From Antedon mediterranea (taxonomy: Eukaryota; Animalia; Echinodermata): 64,000 nucleotides of DNA. The DNA lies in assembly GCF_964355755.1 (NCBI RefSeq), contig NC_092672.1:15376001-15440000 (forward strand), read 5' to 3'. The position numbers were made by a program, and so were the translations under genes. Shown here one piece after another: positions 38,851-50,466 of the stretch. The notes under the pieces were generated by a model. It saw only the letters and a list, made by a program, of their open reading frames with translations, was not told the DNA's origin and ran no database searches. Within the stretch, counting starts at the first letter, position 1. Each line of letters begins with the position of its first letter.

Positions 38851-39476
38851 AGCCCCATTCCCTACGTTTTTTAGATCTAATTTAAGATCACAAACTATAT
38901 TTAATGTAAAAATAATACTATATGGTCCTATTGCGATAACTTTTTCCGTCTTTAAATGGTTAAAAATGTGAAAAATAAATCGATTTAAATAATTATAGCG
39001 GCCCGCTATAAATCCCAAAATGCATTGCGCGCGGATTGATAGTTTTGTTTTTGACCTGTAATTCGCCCACTTTTCGATCGATCGTGAAGCCAAAACAAAT
39101 GGAAGACTCCTAACTTTTCAGCGAAAATACCGGGTTTTCCCCAATTTGTATCAACGGAGTCTGGCAAAAATAGAAAGACAATTAATGCAGCAACTATACA
39201 ACGTCAGGCTAGGTATATAGCTAGCGTACGATGTTCGTACGTTATCGATGTTTACCAGCTAGGCCTACAAAACTAAGCCTAGCTAGGCTAGGCCTAAGAC
39301 CGTCCACGAGAGGTCGATCGCCGCGAGCTACTTAGGTAGTGCATTGTTTCTCACTTTTTATCATAATTTACCATAAAACGTACATTTAAGACAAGGAATG
39401 ACATGGTTTAATGTTTTTAAAGTGATATATATGTATTATTTTCCAAAAAACGTCCAAAATTGCAGGGAAGGGGTCT
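38851..39476. mobile_element. Kolobok-type MITE, copy B (inverted relative to A and C)
   Basis: TTAA|AGCCCCATTCCCTAC ... GCAGGGAAGGGGTCT|TTAA. Confidence 0.9.
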
Positions 39477-39984
39477 TTAAAAACACATACAATATATAAA
39501 ACATTACAAAATATCAATACAATACATTAAAACTGTATTAGTAAACAAGTTATATTTACAGAAGGAATAAAAAAACAAACTATCTTTGAAATGTTGAGTT
39601 GGAATAGAGTTGTGGACAAAAAATGATTTCCTACATCGAGTGGTATTGCACATTAAAGGACGGTTTAACAACATATGTATCATTCAATTGGTGTGAGTTA
39701 TCTTCCATTATTTACCATATTGTTCCTAATAAACGCCCCTGGGGCGTTGCATTTTTTAAAAAGTGGGGGGGGGGGGGGCGTTTGTTAGGGGTGAAATGTA
39801 AAAATCATAAATAGAGCCTAGGCCTATATGAGGCCTGCCTAGGCCTACCCTAAACAAGTTGCTTCAGACGGTCAATCAATGTTTTTTTGGGTGTGCAACA
39901 AATAAGTTCACAGGGTACCTCCAAACCCTGCGTTCAGCTGTAATTTTTACTTTTATTCGCCTTTATGTTTAAAAAAAAAATTAA

Positions 39985-40160
39985 AAATCTTGGATTGCTC
40001 TTGTGGCAAATGGCCGACGATGCAGCGTTCTTCGTTGTCCTTCACAACAGAAACAGCGTGTTTATCGTTGTTTATTGACATCCTCCCTCAACTTGATGAA
40101 CAGTTCTAACAACTCGAAAGGTCTTCATGAACCAGACGCCTTGTATCAATTCCGTGTTGT
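39985..40160 (-). pseudogene. HIRAN-like domain fragment next to a pogo-like terminus
   Basis: Minus strand reads NNDKHAVSVVKDNEERCIVGHLPQEQSKIF, resembling the HIRAN N.xD..AV.V...VG.L/VP motif. A TA|CC(A/G)TA..AATAAACGCCC terminus lies near 39715. Confidence 0.55.
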
Positions 40161-41259
40161 GTGAATAAACATGCGATTGTCTGATCCCTGTTGGGATCGT
40201 GCCTGTAAACTGCGTCAATAACATTGACATTCCTTCCTATTATTTTACTACTACTTTTTATCATTAGCACTCAGACTATTGTACCAAACAACACAGTTGA
40301 AAGTTACAACACTAAGAATAACAATCTGGTGAAACAAAAAAAGTATGTCATTATTTATTTTCAGCTTTCTGAGAAGGTACAGCCGTTGATTAGATTTTTT
40401 AACAATATTTACAGTATTTGAATTCCAGTTTAATTCACAATCTACCGTTGTTCCTAAATATTTATGTTCTTTTTTAGTTTCTATCTTTTAGAACATTATC
40501 AATAACACTTTTCTTCTTTCTGAAATCAAAAATTAATTCTTTGGTCTTATCCACATTTAATATAAGAAAATTTTGTCAACATTCGACATTCACGTGAAGT
40601 TGTGCGCCTCCTATTTTTGAATGACGTCAGAGTTGCGCATCATGACTTGCGCGCGATTTTATGAATTTTAATGATTGATCATAGATTAAAAACAAAATGT
40701 TTATATCAAGAGTCAACTTTCTATGGATTAAAAATGGCATGTTTCCCACAAAGTTACGTACACAAAATTAATTTCTAATCAATTTTCTATATATTTCAGG
40801 ACATTTTTAGCATTTCAAAATTTGCCATGCGCACATCTCGTACATAGCATTGTATTTGCAATAGATTTTTGTTCTTCATACCTTCTGTGATAGATTTCAT
40901 TAATTTTTATTTGCAATTTTAATTGCATACTACTGATGCATGTGCACGATAAACGTTGAAAACTGTGTGCTTAAAAATTGCAAATTCAATGCAAATTTAT
41001 GAAAAAATCTGCCTATTTTAAATCTACTATAGCGCTTCAGGAAGACCATTGACCCACCATTTTGTCAACTTATTTTGAAATCTAATGAGCTCATCGAATT
41101 TAATAGAATGCATCTAGCTTATTCGTATACCATTTTCCCACAGTTTTTAATATTGTCTAGGTTAATCCCATGGGGTTTTTCTGACAAAAATAGCTAATTT
41201 ATAAAGACAGTCCAGACTTGCAATATTTGTTATTCTGTAAAAAGAATGCATATAATAAA

Positions 41260-41560
41260 TTTAACTTTAAAAACATTAAACTAGGTCATTATTTGTCTTA
41301 AATGTGCGTTCTACGGTTAATTATGATAAAATGAGTAGCTCGCATAAAAAGTTATCCCGTAGACGTTTCTAGGCCTAGCTTAGTTAGGCTTAGTTTAGGC
41401 CTAGCTGGTAAAGAGCGGTAACATACAAACATTGTACGTTAGCTCTAGGTCTAGCCTGTCGTTGTCGCTTTGCTAAATTAATTGTCTTTCCTTTTTTTGG
41501 CAGAATCTGTTAATAGAAATTAGGGAAGACCTGGTATTTTAGCTGAAAATTGACTGTTCT
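41260..41560. repeat. Old degenerate copy of the Kolobok-type MITE
   Basis: ACTTTAAAAACATTAAAC..GTCATT..TTGTCTTAAATG..AGGCCTAGCTGGTAAA..TTAATTGTCTTTC matches 42427-42740 with many substitutions. Confidence 0.7.
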
Positions 41561-41646
41561 TTTATTTTTTTTACCCCGAGTAATAAAACGAGATATACTC
41601 TAATCATATTACGTATACAGTATATTTAATAAAGTTTAAGAAAAAT

Positions 41647-41720
41647 AGGTTTCGCCAGGGCTCGAACCGGGGACCTTCTGCGTGTTAAGCAGACATGATA
41701 AACCACTACACTACGAAACC
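41647..41720 (-). tRNA. tRNA-Val(AAC), possibly a pseudogene
   Basis: GGTTTCG TA GTGTAGTGGTTTATCAT G TCTGC TTAACAC GCAGA AGGTC CCCGG TTCGAGC CCTGG CGAAACC, followed by TATTTTT (Pol III terminator). One T-stem mismatch and a non-standard discriminator. Confidence 0.75.
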
Positions 41721-42373
41721 TCTTACACCAAAAATGTGGGTTACACAAAGTTTTTTAAATCCATTTAAATAAATATGGTAATAAGCACAAAGCAAAATAA
41801 ACATGTGTAAAAGTGATAATTACCGATTACACAAAATGAGTATTTAAAAAAATAATAAAAATAAGATATACTGTATATCATATTGCGTATGTTCAAACTG
41901 TCACATAATTGGTGAAACAAATGATCAATATATACGTAATCACCCCTGTTATGAGGAGTCAATTCTCAGTACTGTATCTATTTCCAACATAGAAATATTT
42001 GGTATACAACATCACATGTGTTTCACATGTATCTAGAGTAACCTAACCCTTAACTTAACCTTACAGGCACCGCATGTGATACTGTATTACCAAATATTCC
42101 TATGATATTTCAGAAATAGATAGTATGTGGAGATATCGGCTTTAATAATTCTATTTTCGTCGCTCCTTTGATCGTATCAGGCCACTGTAGTATTTCTTTC
42201 ATTCTGTCCATTATTACCAGATGGATTATATGCAGTAGTGATGCATTTAATTATTCCGAATTAATCACAGCTTCTAAAACAAACTACCTTGATTACTTCT
42301 TCCCTAACCACCTGGTCTAGGGCATTTATATACACAGTACATAGGCCAGCAGCCCGAAGTACATATATATTAA

Positions 42374-42999
42374 AGACCCCTTCCCTGCAAATTTGGACGT
42401 TTTTTGGAAAATAAAACATATATATCACTTTAAAAACATTAAACCATGTCATTCCTTGTCTTAAATATACGTTTTATGGTAAATTATGATAAAAAGTGAG
42501 AAACAATGCACTACCTAAGTAGCTTGCGGCCATCGACCTCTTGTGGACGGTCTTAGGCCTAGCCTAGCTAGGCTTAGTTTTGTAGGCCTAGCTGGTAAAC
42601 ATCGGTAACGTACGAACATCGTACGCTAGCTATATACCTAGCCTGACGTTGTATAGTTGCTGCATTAATTGTCTTTCTATTTTTGCCAGACTCTGTTGAT
42701 ACAAATTGGGGAAAACCCGGTATTTTCGCTGAAAAGTTAGGAGTTTTCCATTTGTTTTGGCCTCACGATCGATCGAAAAGTGGGCGAATTACAGGTGAAA
42801 AACAAAAATATCAATCCGCGCGCAATGCATTTTGGGATTTATAGCGGGCCGCTATAATTATTAGAATCGACTTATTTTTCACATTTTTAACCGTTTAAAG
42901 ACGAAAAAAGTTATCGCAATAGGACCATATAATATTATTTTTACATTAAATATAGTTTGTGATCTTAAATTAGATCTAAAAAACGTAGGGAAGGGGGCT
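42374..42999. mobile_element. Kolobok-type MITE, copy C
   Basis: TTAA|AGACCCCTTCCCTGC ... GTAGGGAAGGGGGCT|TTAA. Confidence 0.9.
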
Positions 43000-44420
43000 T
43001 TAAATACAAAAATGATCCATGAATCCATAGTGCACAAACCTACAACAGGTTATGATGAACTGTTGCTTGAAACATGACAGTGTAAAAACATATTGTTACT
43101 AAACTTTGCAACAAAGCAAAAAAAGATTACTAAAGAACTAACCAATGATCGTAAACTAATGTTACGTGGTCTTAAAGATCTCTTAAATACAAAGGTTTTA
43201 CCTTCATCAATCAAAGTCAAGGATAGCATATTAACTAACAGGAAATAAGCAATGCTTTTAGGGTATGTTCAGACCTACGGAGTTATGCTTTCGTATCACA
43301 ACCAAGGTCATATTTTTATATGTGTCGTAAGAGCAAAGTGTTCAGATTCATTTCAATAAAGTTGCGTTACAAACGGATATAATGTCACTCAATGGCGATT
43401 AACCAAACTAACGCATGCGCGCGGTCGCTATGTGTGACCTTTTTGTTATTGCATGCTTTTTCCGCTACACGCTGTAATTTTTTCAACAATGTTGCCATTA
43501 AATTTATTTGCTATTTTACTTCAATTAATTGATGATGATAGTAATAACCAATTTACAGCTGATATGGACAAAGAATGTGTAATATGTGTGTATGTTTTTG
43601 ATAAACTTTATTCGAGCAAAACGACGACGTCAGCTTTGTTGCGAAGAATTGAGGAGAAGGCTTCTCTGGATAATGCTAGATGAACAAGCCGGTTTAGAGT
43701 CCATCTTTTCATCTCATTTTCAAGTGGAAAATGAACCGATTTATCGTAGATGGTGGGTAAAGCCAGGCATAGAAGTATGTTCTGGTGGGAAAATCATATA
43801 ATGACCTTGTAAAACTGTAAATATATTGTCGTATTATTGACCTATCTAGGATTAGGCCCTAGCAGGAGGCCCTATCTATCTAGATAGCAGTAGTAGGCCT
43901 ACCGCCAGCTCTATCCTATCTGAACGCTAAAAAAGCAGAGAATCCTGAAAATACATACAGACAGGCATAGTTACTGTTACTATTTATTATGCTTTATTAT
44001 TATTATTATGTAATATTGTCTATACTGTAGTATAAGCCTATATAATTGATGCAGGTTATTTTAAATAATGCAGTACTAAATAAGTAAGTAATACTAATAC
44101 AGTACCGACTACAGTAATACTAATACTTTAGGCATATTAATATTAATTTTTTTTTCAGAATGAACAAGGCTCTGTAGAAATTCGGTTAGCCCAACCTGGA
44201 GGTTTCTTTTGGGTGCGTTTTTAATCAGTTGGTGTCGCGAGGTCCACTTCGTGTGAGATTTTTCATGAAGTATGTCGGCAAATTGAAAGGGTGTTGATGC
44301 CAAAGTTTGTACGTGTTCAGGAAGGACAAGAGTTACTGGTAAGTATATAAAGTAATTGGTGATGATGTTACAATTTTGGATTATACAGTATAAAATAAAT
44401 TAATTATGTTTTATTACAGG

Positions 44421-44642
44421 ACATGGTTGAAAAATTCAGGATGAAGCAAGGATTCTGCAGGTCGCTGTGGCTATTGATGGCACACACATCAAAATAACTG
44501 CACCAACTGAAAATGCCCAAGACTACTTTAATCATAAATGGTCATATTCAGTGCTGTTGCAGGGACTATTTGATGCAGATGGCAAATTTATGAACACTTT
44601 TTTTTGGCTTGCCAGAAAGCGTACACGATGCTCGTATGTTAA
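44421..44642 (+). pseudogene. HARBI1-like DDE transposase fragment
   Basis: AIDGTHIKITAPTENAQDYFNHKWSYSVLLQGLFDADGKF, then frameshifted LPESVHDARML. Preceded by a GT-AG intron (~44339-44419). Confidence 0.88.
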
Positions 44643-44944
44643 AAAAAAATGTGTTATTGTAACTCGGATTAAAACAATCAACATGCATGTAGTTTATAAA
44701 CAAAACACTTCTAAAATCTAAAAAATATATACCGGTACGTAAAAACAGTAAAAATACATAAATGTTTTTGGCAAGGTTAAATAAGTTATATATATATATA
44801 TAAAGTTGTAATAATATAGTGTTTATTATTAATAGTAGGACTAGTAGTAGCGTATGAGAAATATATACCCCGAAAAATGTATAAATAAAACATAGACCTA
44901 CCTTTGTTGTTATTAACAGTGTGGTTGGTTTAGGAGTTACAGGC

Positions 44945-45347
44945 CTAGACCGAACACTTGGGCTCGGCATTACCGATTGGTTGCCGGGCATGCCAACCAG
45001 CACTGACCGTGAATGAATCGCCGATCATTTTGGGGTTTGGGTTTATATTTGGTCTATGACCTAAAATATCATTTATGGCAGAAAAATGTTCGAATCCTGT
45101 ACTTTCACTGGCTCCAGATTTATTTACTTGGTCTTTTCCCGCTTTATACGACGACCGCAACCCCTTCAATTTTGTTTGGATATGAAATCCTTCTTTATGA
45201 GGATGGCTCATCTCTGTTAACTTGTCCGCCATCTCGTTGAACACATCCATCTTGTTGCCGGTGCTTGTACGCAAGTTTTTAGCATCCCCACAATGAAATA
45301 AGGTCTTTTACCTTGGTTTCTTGCCAATGCGCACACTTCGATGACAT
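44945..45347 (-). pseudogene. Myb/SANT-like DNA-binding protein of Harbinger
   Basis: MSSKCAHWQETKV.. (disrupted) ..NKMDVFNEMADKL..IQTKLKGLRSSYKAGKDQVNKSG..FEHFSAINDILGHRP, typical of Harbinger Myb/SANT ORFs. Confidence 0.85.
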
Positions 45348-46779
45348 TTTTAATTAATATAATAATAATACTGTATATAACAATAAAAGGTTTGATTTTT
45401 TCGCGCTTTCACTGATCACAACAAATGGATCAGCTTGGCTATACGATGAGGAGCAAATGTCACAATGTGACATAGCGAATATTGTAATTTGATTGGCTAG
45501 ATATCTAACCTAGGTCATATTCAACGATGTGTGACTTTCGTATTGTAAGCGACGTCCACTAAACTCATACCTTGAGCTTTCGTAGCGTACAAAATATCAG
45601 TTTCGTACAAGGTGGCTTCCACTAATCTTTTCCTGGTTCAGACCTATAGAGTTGTATGCCGCGTACGATACGAAAGCATAACTCTGTAGGTCTGTAGGCC
45701 CTTTTGAAATTAGACATGCACTTGATTCTATTAGTTTTAACCCTTGTTCTCAGTTTGACTCACCTACATCCTCTTTTTCTTTTCATGCTGTTACAAATGA
45801 GTTAATTCTTGATCAGCTTCAGACCAGAGAATGGAGCCTAGAATTTTAACTGGCATTAACTCAAACTGCCATCCTATTAATCTTTTGAAACTATCGGCTC
45901 CTCATATCTTGCTTTATTTGATAAATAATTTCATTTAGTTAAAGACGAATTATTCTTTCATTCGTGTGGGGTTTTGCGATTGTCATTAAAAAATATATTC
46001 ACAGATATAGCAAATTATGAATATTAATAAATAATAGAAAATATATAAACAGTTTTAAATTCTTTTTTGCTACCCTATAGTTTACATGAATGCAATGACA
46101 TCCCTTGCTTGTAATTTATTTATACTTGTTTGTGTGAAATTTGATATTTTGCTGGGAAATGCTGATGAGAAACCTGGCCTTCCTTCAAGTATTAATCTAT
46201 CATCTTGTCATGCAAGTGCCCAAAGCATTGTCTAATATACAAACAGACAAAAACATGTAAAACTATACCATTCTCTAATTTATACATTTATTAGCATAAA
46301 TCCCATGAGCCCATAGCTGAATGCTAATTTTTGGGGGAAAAAAAGAAACTTTCAACATTCAAGCATATGCCATCAGTAGCATCAAATGGTCATGATTATC
46401 GATCACTTTTGTGACAAAATTTGAAATTACCAGTTTAAAGGAATCATTTCAATACTGAAAATTTACAATGCAAATATTATTAGTGGAAGTAATAGAAATA
46501 ATAAATTCACAAATCCATTCATCTCTTTAATGAAGAATCAAATTCAACATTTTTCACAAAAATTATACAACTTCCGAAATAAATCATAACCCTAAAAATT
46601 GTTTCATTAAATTTTCTGTCTGGATTTTATCTGTACATGTATTTTAACCTATGTGGACTTTTAACATTTAGCATTGGATTATGTTATACATGCTTTTATA
46701 AAAATTTGGAAGAAATAAAAATCAGAAAAAAAAAACACCACCCACCAGCCCCTGTAAACATGTATTAGAGTGCAGAAAT

Positions 46780-49700
46780 CGAGTAAATCTAGCATTTTGA
46801 GTGAAACAAATTGCAAACAGAGATTTTTTTTTGTTAAATGGTTACATATGATAAGGTGATTATTTTTTTAGCATCACACCTCTGACACTCATCCCGAAGG
46901 TATGCAAATTAGCTTAAATATGCAAATTAGGGTGAAATTACAGAGTTACCATATCTTAAAAACTACTAATCGTAGAGAGTTCATTTTTGCACAGTCTGGT
47001 TCAGAATATATATATTTATATTTGCTCTAATGAGACATTTTACATAAAAATGTCCGGAAGTACCAAATTTTGACCCTTGACCCCATTTCTCAATATTTAC
47101 ATAAATATGTGATTAAAATGTCTGTAGAGACTTTATTTTGGACTCAATGACTTGGATATTGCTTTTCAATACCTACCATAGAACTGTATTATAATTCCTA
47201 AAATCACAACTTCGTCACGCACCTCGAAAGTATGCAAATTAGTAGTACAAGTAATATTAAATATGCAAATTAGGGAGTGAAATTACAGCATTGCCATATC
47301 TCGAAAACCGCTAATGCTAGAGTGTTGATTTTTTCACTAAAATATTTAAAATGTATATATTTATATTTGCTGTAATGAGACATTTTACAAAAAAATGCCC
47401 GGAACTATGACATTTGACCCTCAACCCCATTTCTCAATATTGCATATATAATGAAAACCAAAATGTCTGTAGAGACTTTGTTTTGCCCTCAAATGACTCG
47501 GATACAGGTTTCCAATAGCCAACATAGGAATGTTTAGTAAATCTCAAAATCACACCTGTATCACTCACCTTCAAAGTATGCAAATTATTAGTACATGAAA
47601 TATGCAAATTAGTGGGTGAAATTACAGGTTCCTATATGTATCGAAAACCGCTAAGGTAGAGAGTTGATTTTTTCAAAAACTTGTTCAGAATGTACATATT
47701 TATATTTGCTCTAATGAAACATTTTACGAAAAAAGGACCGGAAATACAACAATTGACCCTTGACCCTATTTATCAATGTTTGCATACATAATGCGACTAA
47801 AATGTCTGTAGATAATTTTTTTGGACTCAAATGACTCGGATACAGTTTTCCTATCGTCAGCATATGACCTCTTTGTAATTCCCAAAATCACATCTTTGTC
47901 ACATACCTTGAAAGTACCGGTATGCAAATTATTAGTACAAGTTACATGAAATATGCAAATTAGGGGTGAAATTACAGTCTTCCCATATCTCGAAAACCAT
48001 TAATGCTAGAGAGTTGATTTGAATTCAGAGTTGATTCAGAATGTACTTATTTATATTCGCTTTAATGAAACATTTTACGCAAAAATTGTCTTGATTGAAT
48101 TATGACATTTGACCCTTGACCCTATTTCTCAATATTTTCATATAATTCAACTAAAATATCTGTACAGACTGTTTTGGCCTCAAATGACTCAGATACAGGT
48201 TTTCTATAGCCAGCATAGAACTGTTAGTAATTCTCAAAATCACACCTTTGTTACTTCCCTAGAAAATATGCAAATTAATAGTACGGTACAAGAGGTGAAA
48301 GTTGCCATATCTCTATCGGTCATTAGCGTTTTTCGAGATACATAAGGCTGTAATTTGCATATTTCATATAACTTGTACTAATAATTTGCATACTTTCGAG
48401 TTGCTTGACTTTTGGAATTACTAAACGATCCTATACTGGCTATATAAAACCTGTATCCAAGTCATTTGAGGCCAAAACAAAGTCTGTACATACATTTTAG
48501 TTGCATTATATGCAAATATTGAGAAATAGGTTCGAGGGTCAAATGTCATACTTTTGATAATTTTTTTTTTTATAATGACCCAGATACAGGTTTTCTATAG
48601 CCAGTATAGAACTGTTTAGTAATTCTCAAAATCACACCTCTGTTACTTCGCTTGAAAGTATGCAAATCAGTAGTACAAGAAAGTTGCCATATCTCTCTCT
48701 CGGTCATTAGCGTTTTCGAGATACATAAGGCAATTCACTGTAATTTTCATATTTCATATAGCTTGTACTACTAATTTGCATACTTTCAAGGTGCTTGACT
48801 TATACTGGCTATATAAAACCTGTATCCGAGTCATTTGAGGCCAAAACAAAGTCTGTACATACATTTTAGTTGCATTATATGCAAATATTGAGAAATAATA
48901 ATAATAATATCCTGGATTTATATAGCGCCTAATGTTGTGAAACCTCTAAGCGCTGTACATAAACTAATACGAAAAAAGGGAATTCCAACCATGCCAAAAC
49001 GAAGGTGTGATTTTGGGAATTACAAAGCGGTCCTATGCTGACTATAGGAAACATGTATATGAGTTATTTGAGTCCAAAACAAAGTCTCTACAGAAATTTT
49101 AGTCGCATTATGTATGCAAACATTGATAAATGGGATCGAGGGTCAATTGTTGTATTTCCGGTCATTTTTTCATAAAATGTTTCATTAGAATAAATATGAA
49201 TATGTACATTCTGAACAAGTTATTGAAAAAATCAACTCTCTAACCTTAGTGGTTTTCGATATATAGGAACCATTAATTTCACCCTCTAATTTGCATATTT
49301 CATGTAACTTGTACTAATAATTTGCATACTTTGGAGGTGAGTGATACAGGTGTGATTTTGAGATCTACTAAACAGTCCTATGTTGGCTATTAGAAACCTG
49401 TATCGGAGTCATTTGAGGGCAAAACAAAGTCTCTACAGACATTTTAGTTTCATTTATATATGCAATATTGAGAAATGGGGTCGAGGGTCAAATGTTGTAC
49501 TTCCTGTCATTTTTTCGTAAAATGTTTCATTAGAGTAAATATAAATATATACATTTTGAATAGATCAGTGAAAAAAATCAACTCTCTCGGACTAGTAGTT
49601 TTTGAGATATGGTAACCCTGTAATTTCACCCTAATTTGCATATTTAAGCTAATTTGCATATCATCGGGATGAGTGACAGAGGTGTGATGCTCAAATTTTG

Positions 49701-49790
49701 ATCTCCTCATCATATATGACCATTTAAAAAAGAAAAATCTCTGTTTGCAATTTGTTTCACTTTGGGCTGTTTTTTTTGCTAGATTGACTA
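46780..49790. mobile_element. Foldback-type element: ~3-kb palindrome of ~350-bp octamer-rich subunits
   Basis: GTGAAACAAATTGCAAACAGAGATTTTT (46801) pairs with AAAAATCTCTGTTTGCAATTTGTTTCAC (~49760). Four direct subunits on the left arm, inverted subunits on the right arm, switch point near 48310. Confidence 0.85.
48894..48960 (-). mobile_element. 3' end of an L2-type LINE/SINE inserted in the foldback
   Basis: Minus strand TGTACAGCGCTTAGAGG...GCGCTATATAAATCCAGGA followed by (TAT)n, a typical L2 3' tail. Confidence 0.7.
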
Positions 49791-50466
49791 AAAACCTTTG
49801 TTGCCCAAAACATACGATTTATCAATGTAACTTCCTGATGAAAAACATGTTCTACTTTTTACTAGAAACAATCATCAGTATTTGTCTACATAACCTAAGA
49901 CAACATGATTAATGAAATGAAAGCGCCTGTATATATACATTTGAATAAAAAGACTTCAGTGCATACTGATGATATAATTTTGACATTAATAATACATTAG
50001 TTTTTAACATTTGAATTTCTAAACTGAGAATAATTCCATGATGATGATGAATTTTCTTATAAATTAAACATTTATTAATTGATTTCTATTCATTTTTGTT
50101 GTATTTTGTAATGCCATGAATAATTCAATATAATTTCTTATCAAAATTAATTCATCCGTGAACGTAAACACAAATAATTTATAAAATTGTGTAATTCTTT
50201 TTTCTTTTTGTATTCAAATTCAAAACTATAATAGTTTCTAATTTGTCTTTGCTATTGATTTGACAATTTCTAACATGCAAATGTGATTATTACTTTATAG
50301 GGTGTGTCTAACAGTTATTCAATGATTTAAATCTAGTTATATCCAACTTAGTTTATGAGTTATATAGAAGAAATACTTCTACCCATATTAAATCTTATTT
50401 CAAATTCAAATAACCCAGTCTAAAACAGATTTAATTATGTTATGATGTATGCTATATTTTAGTAAT

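Larger units (their letters stand above)
43261..45701. mobile_element. PIF/Harbinger transposon (internally deleted), inserted in an old LINE remnant
   Basis: TIRs GGG..CAGACCTACGGAGTTATGCTTTCGTATC / GATACGAAAGCATAACTCTGTAGGTCTG..CCC; TTA/TTT flanks; convergent transposase and Myb/SANT remnants. Confidence 0.9.

Noticed and set aside
38656-39093. 145-aa ORF
   Set aside because: It spans the Kolobok MITE boundary and is not maintained in copies A and C.
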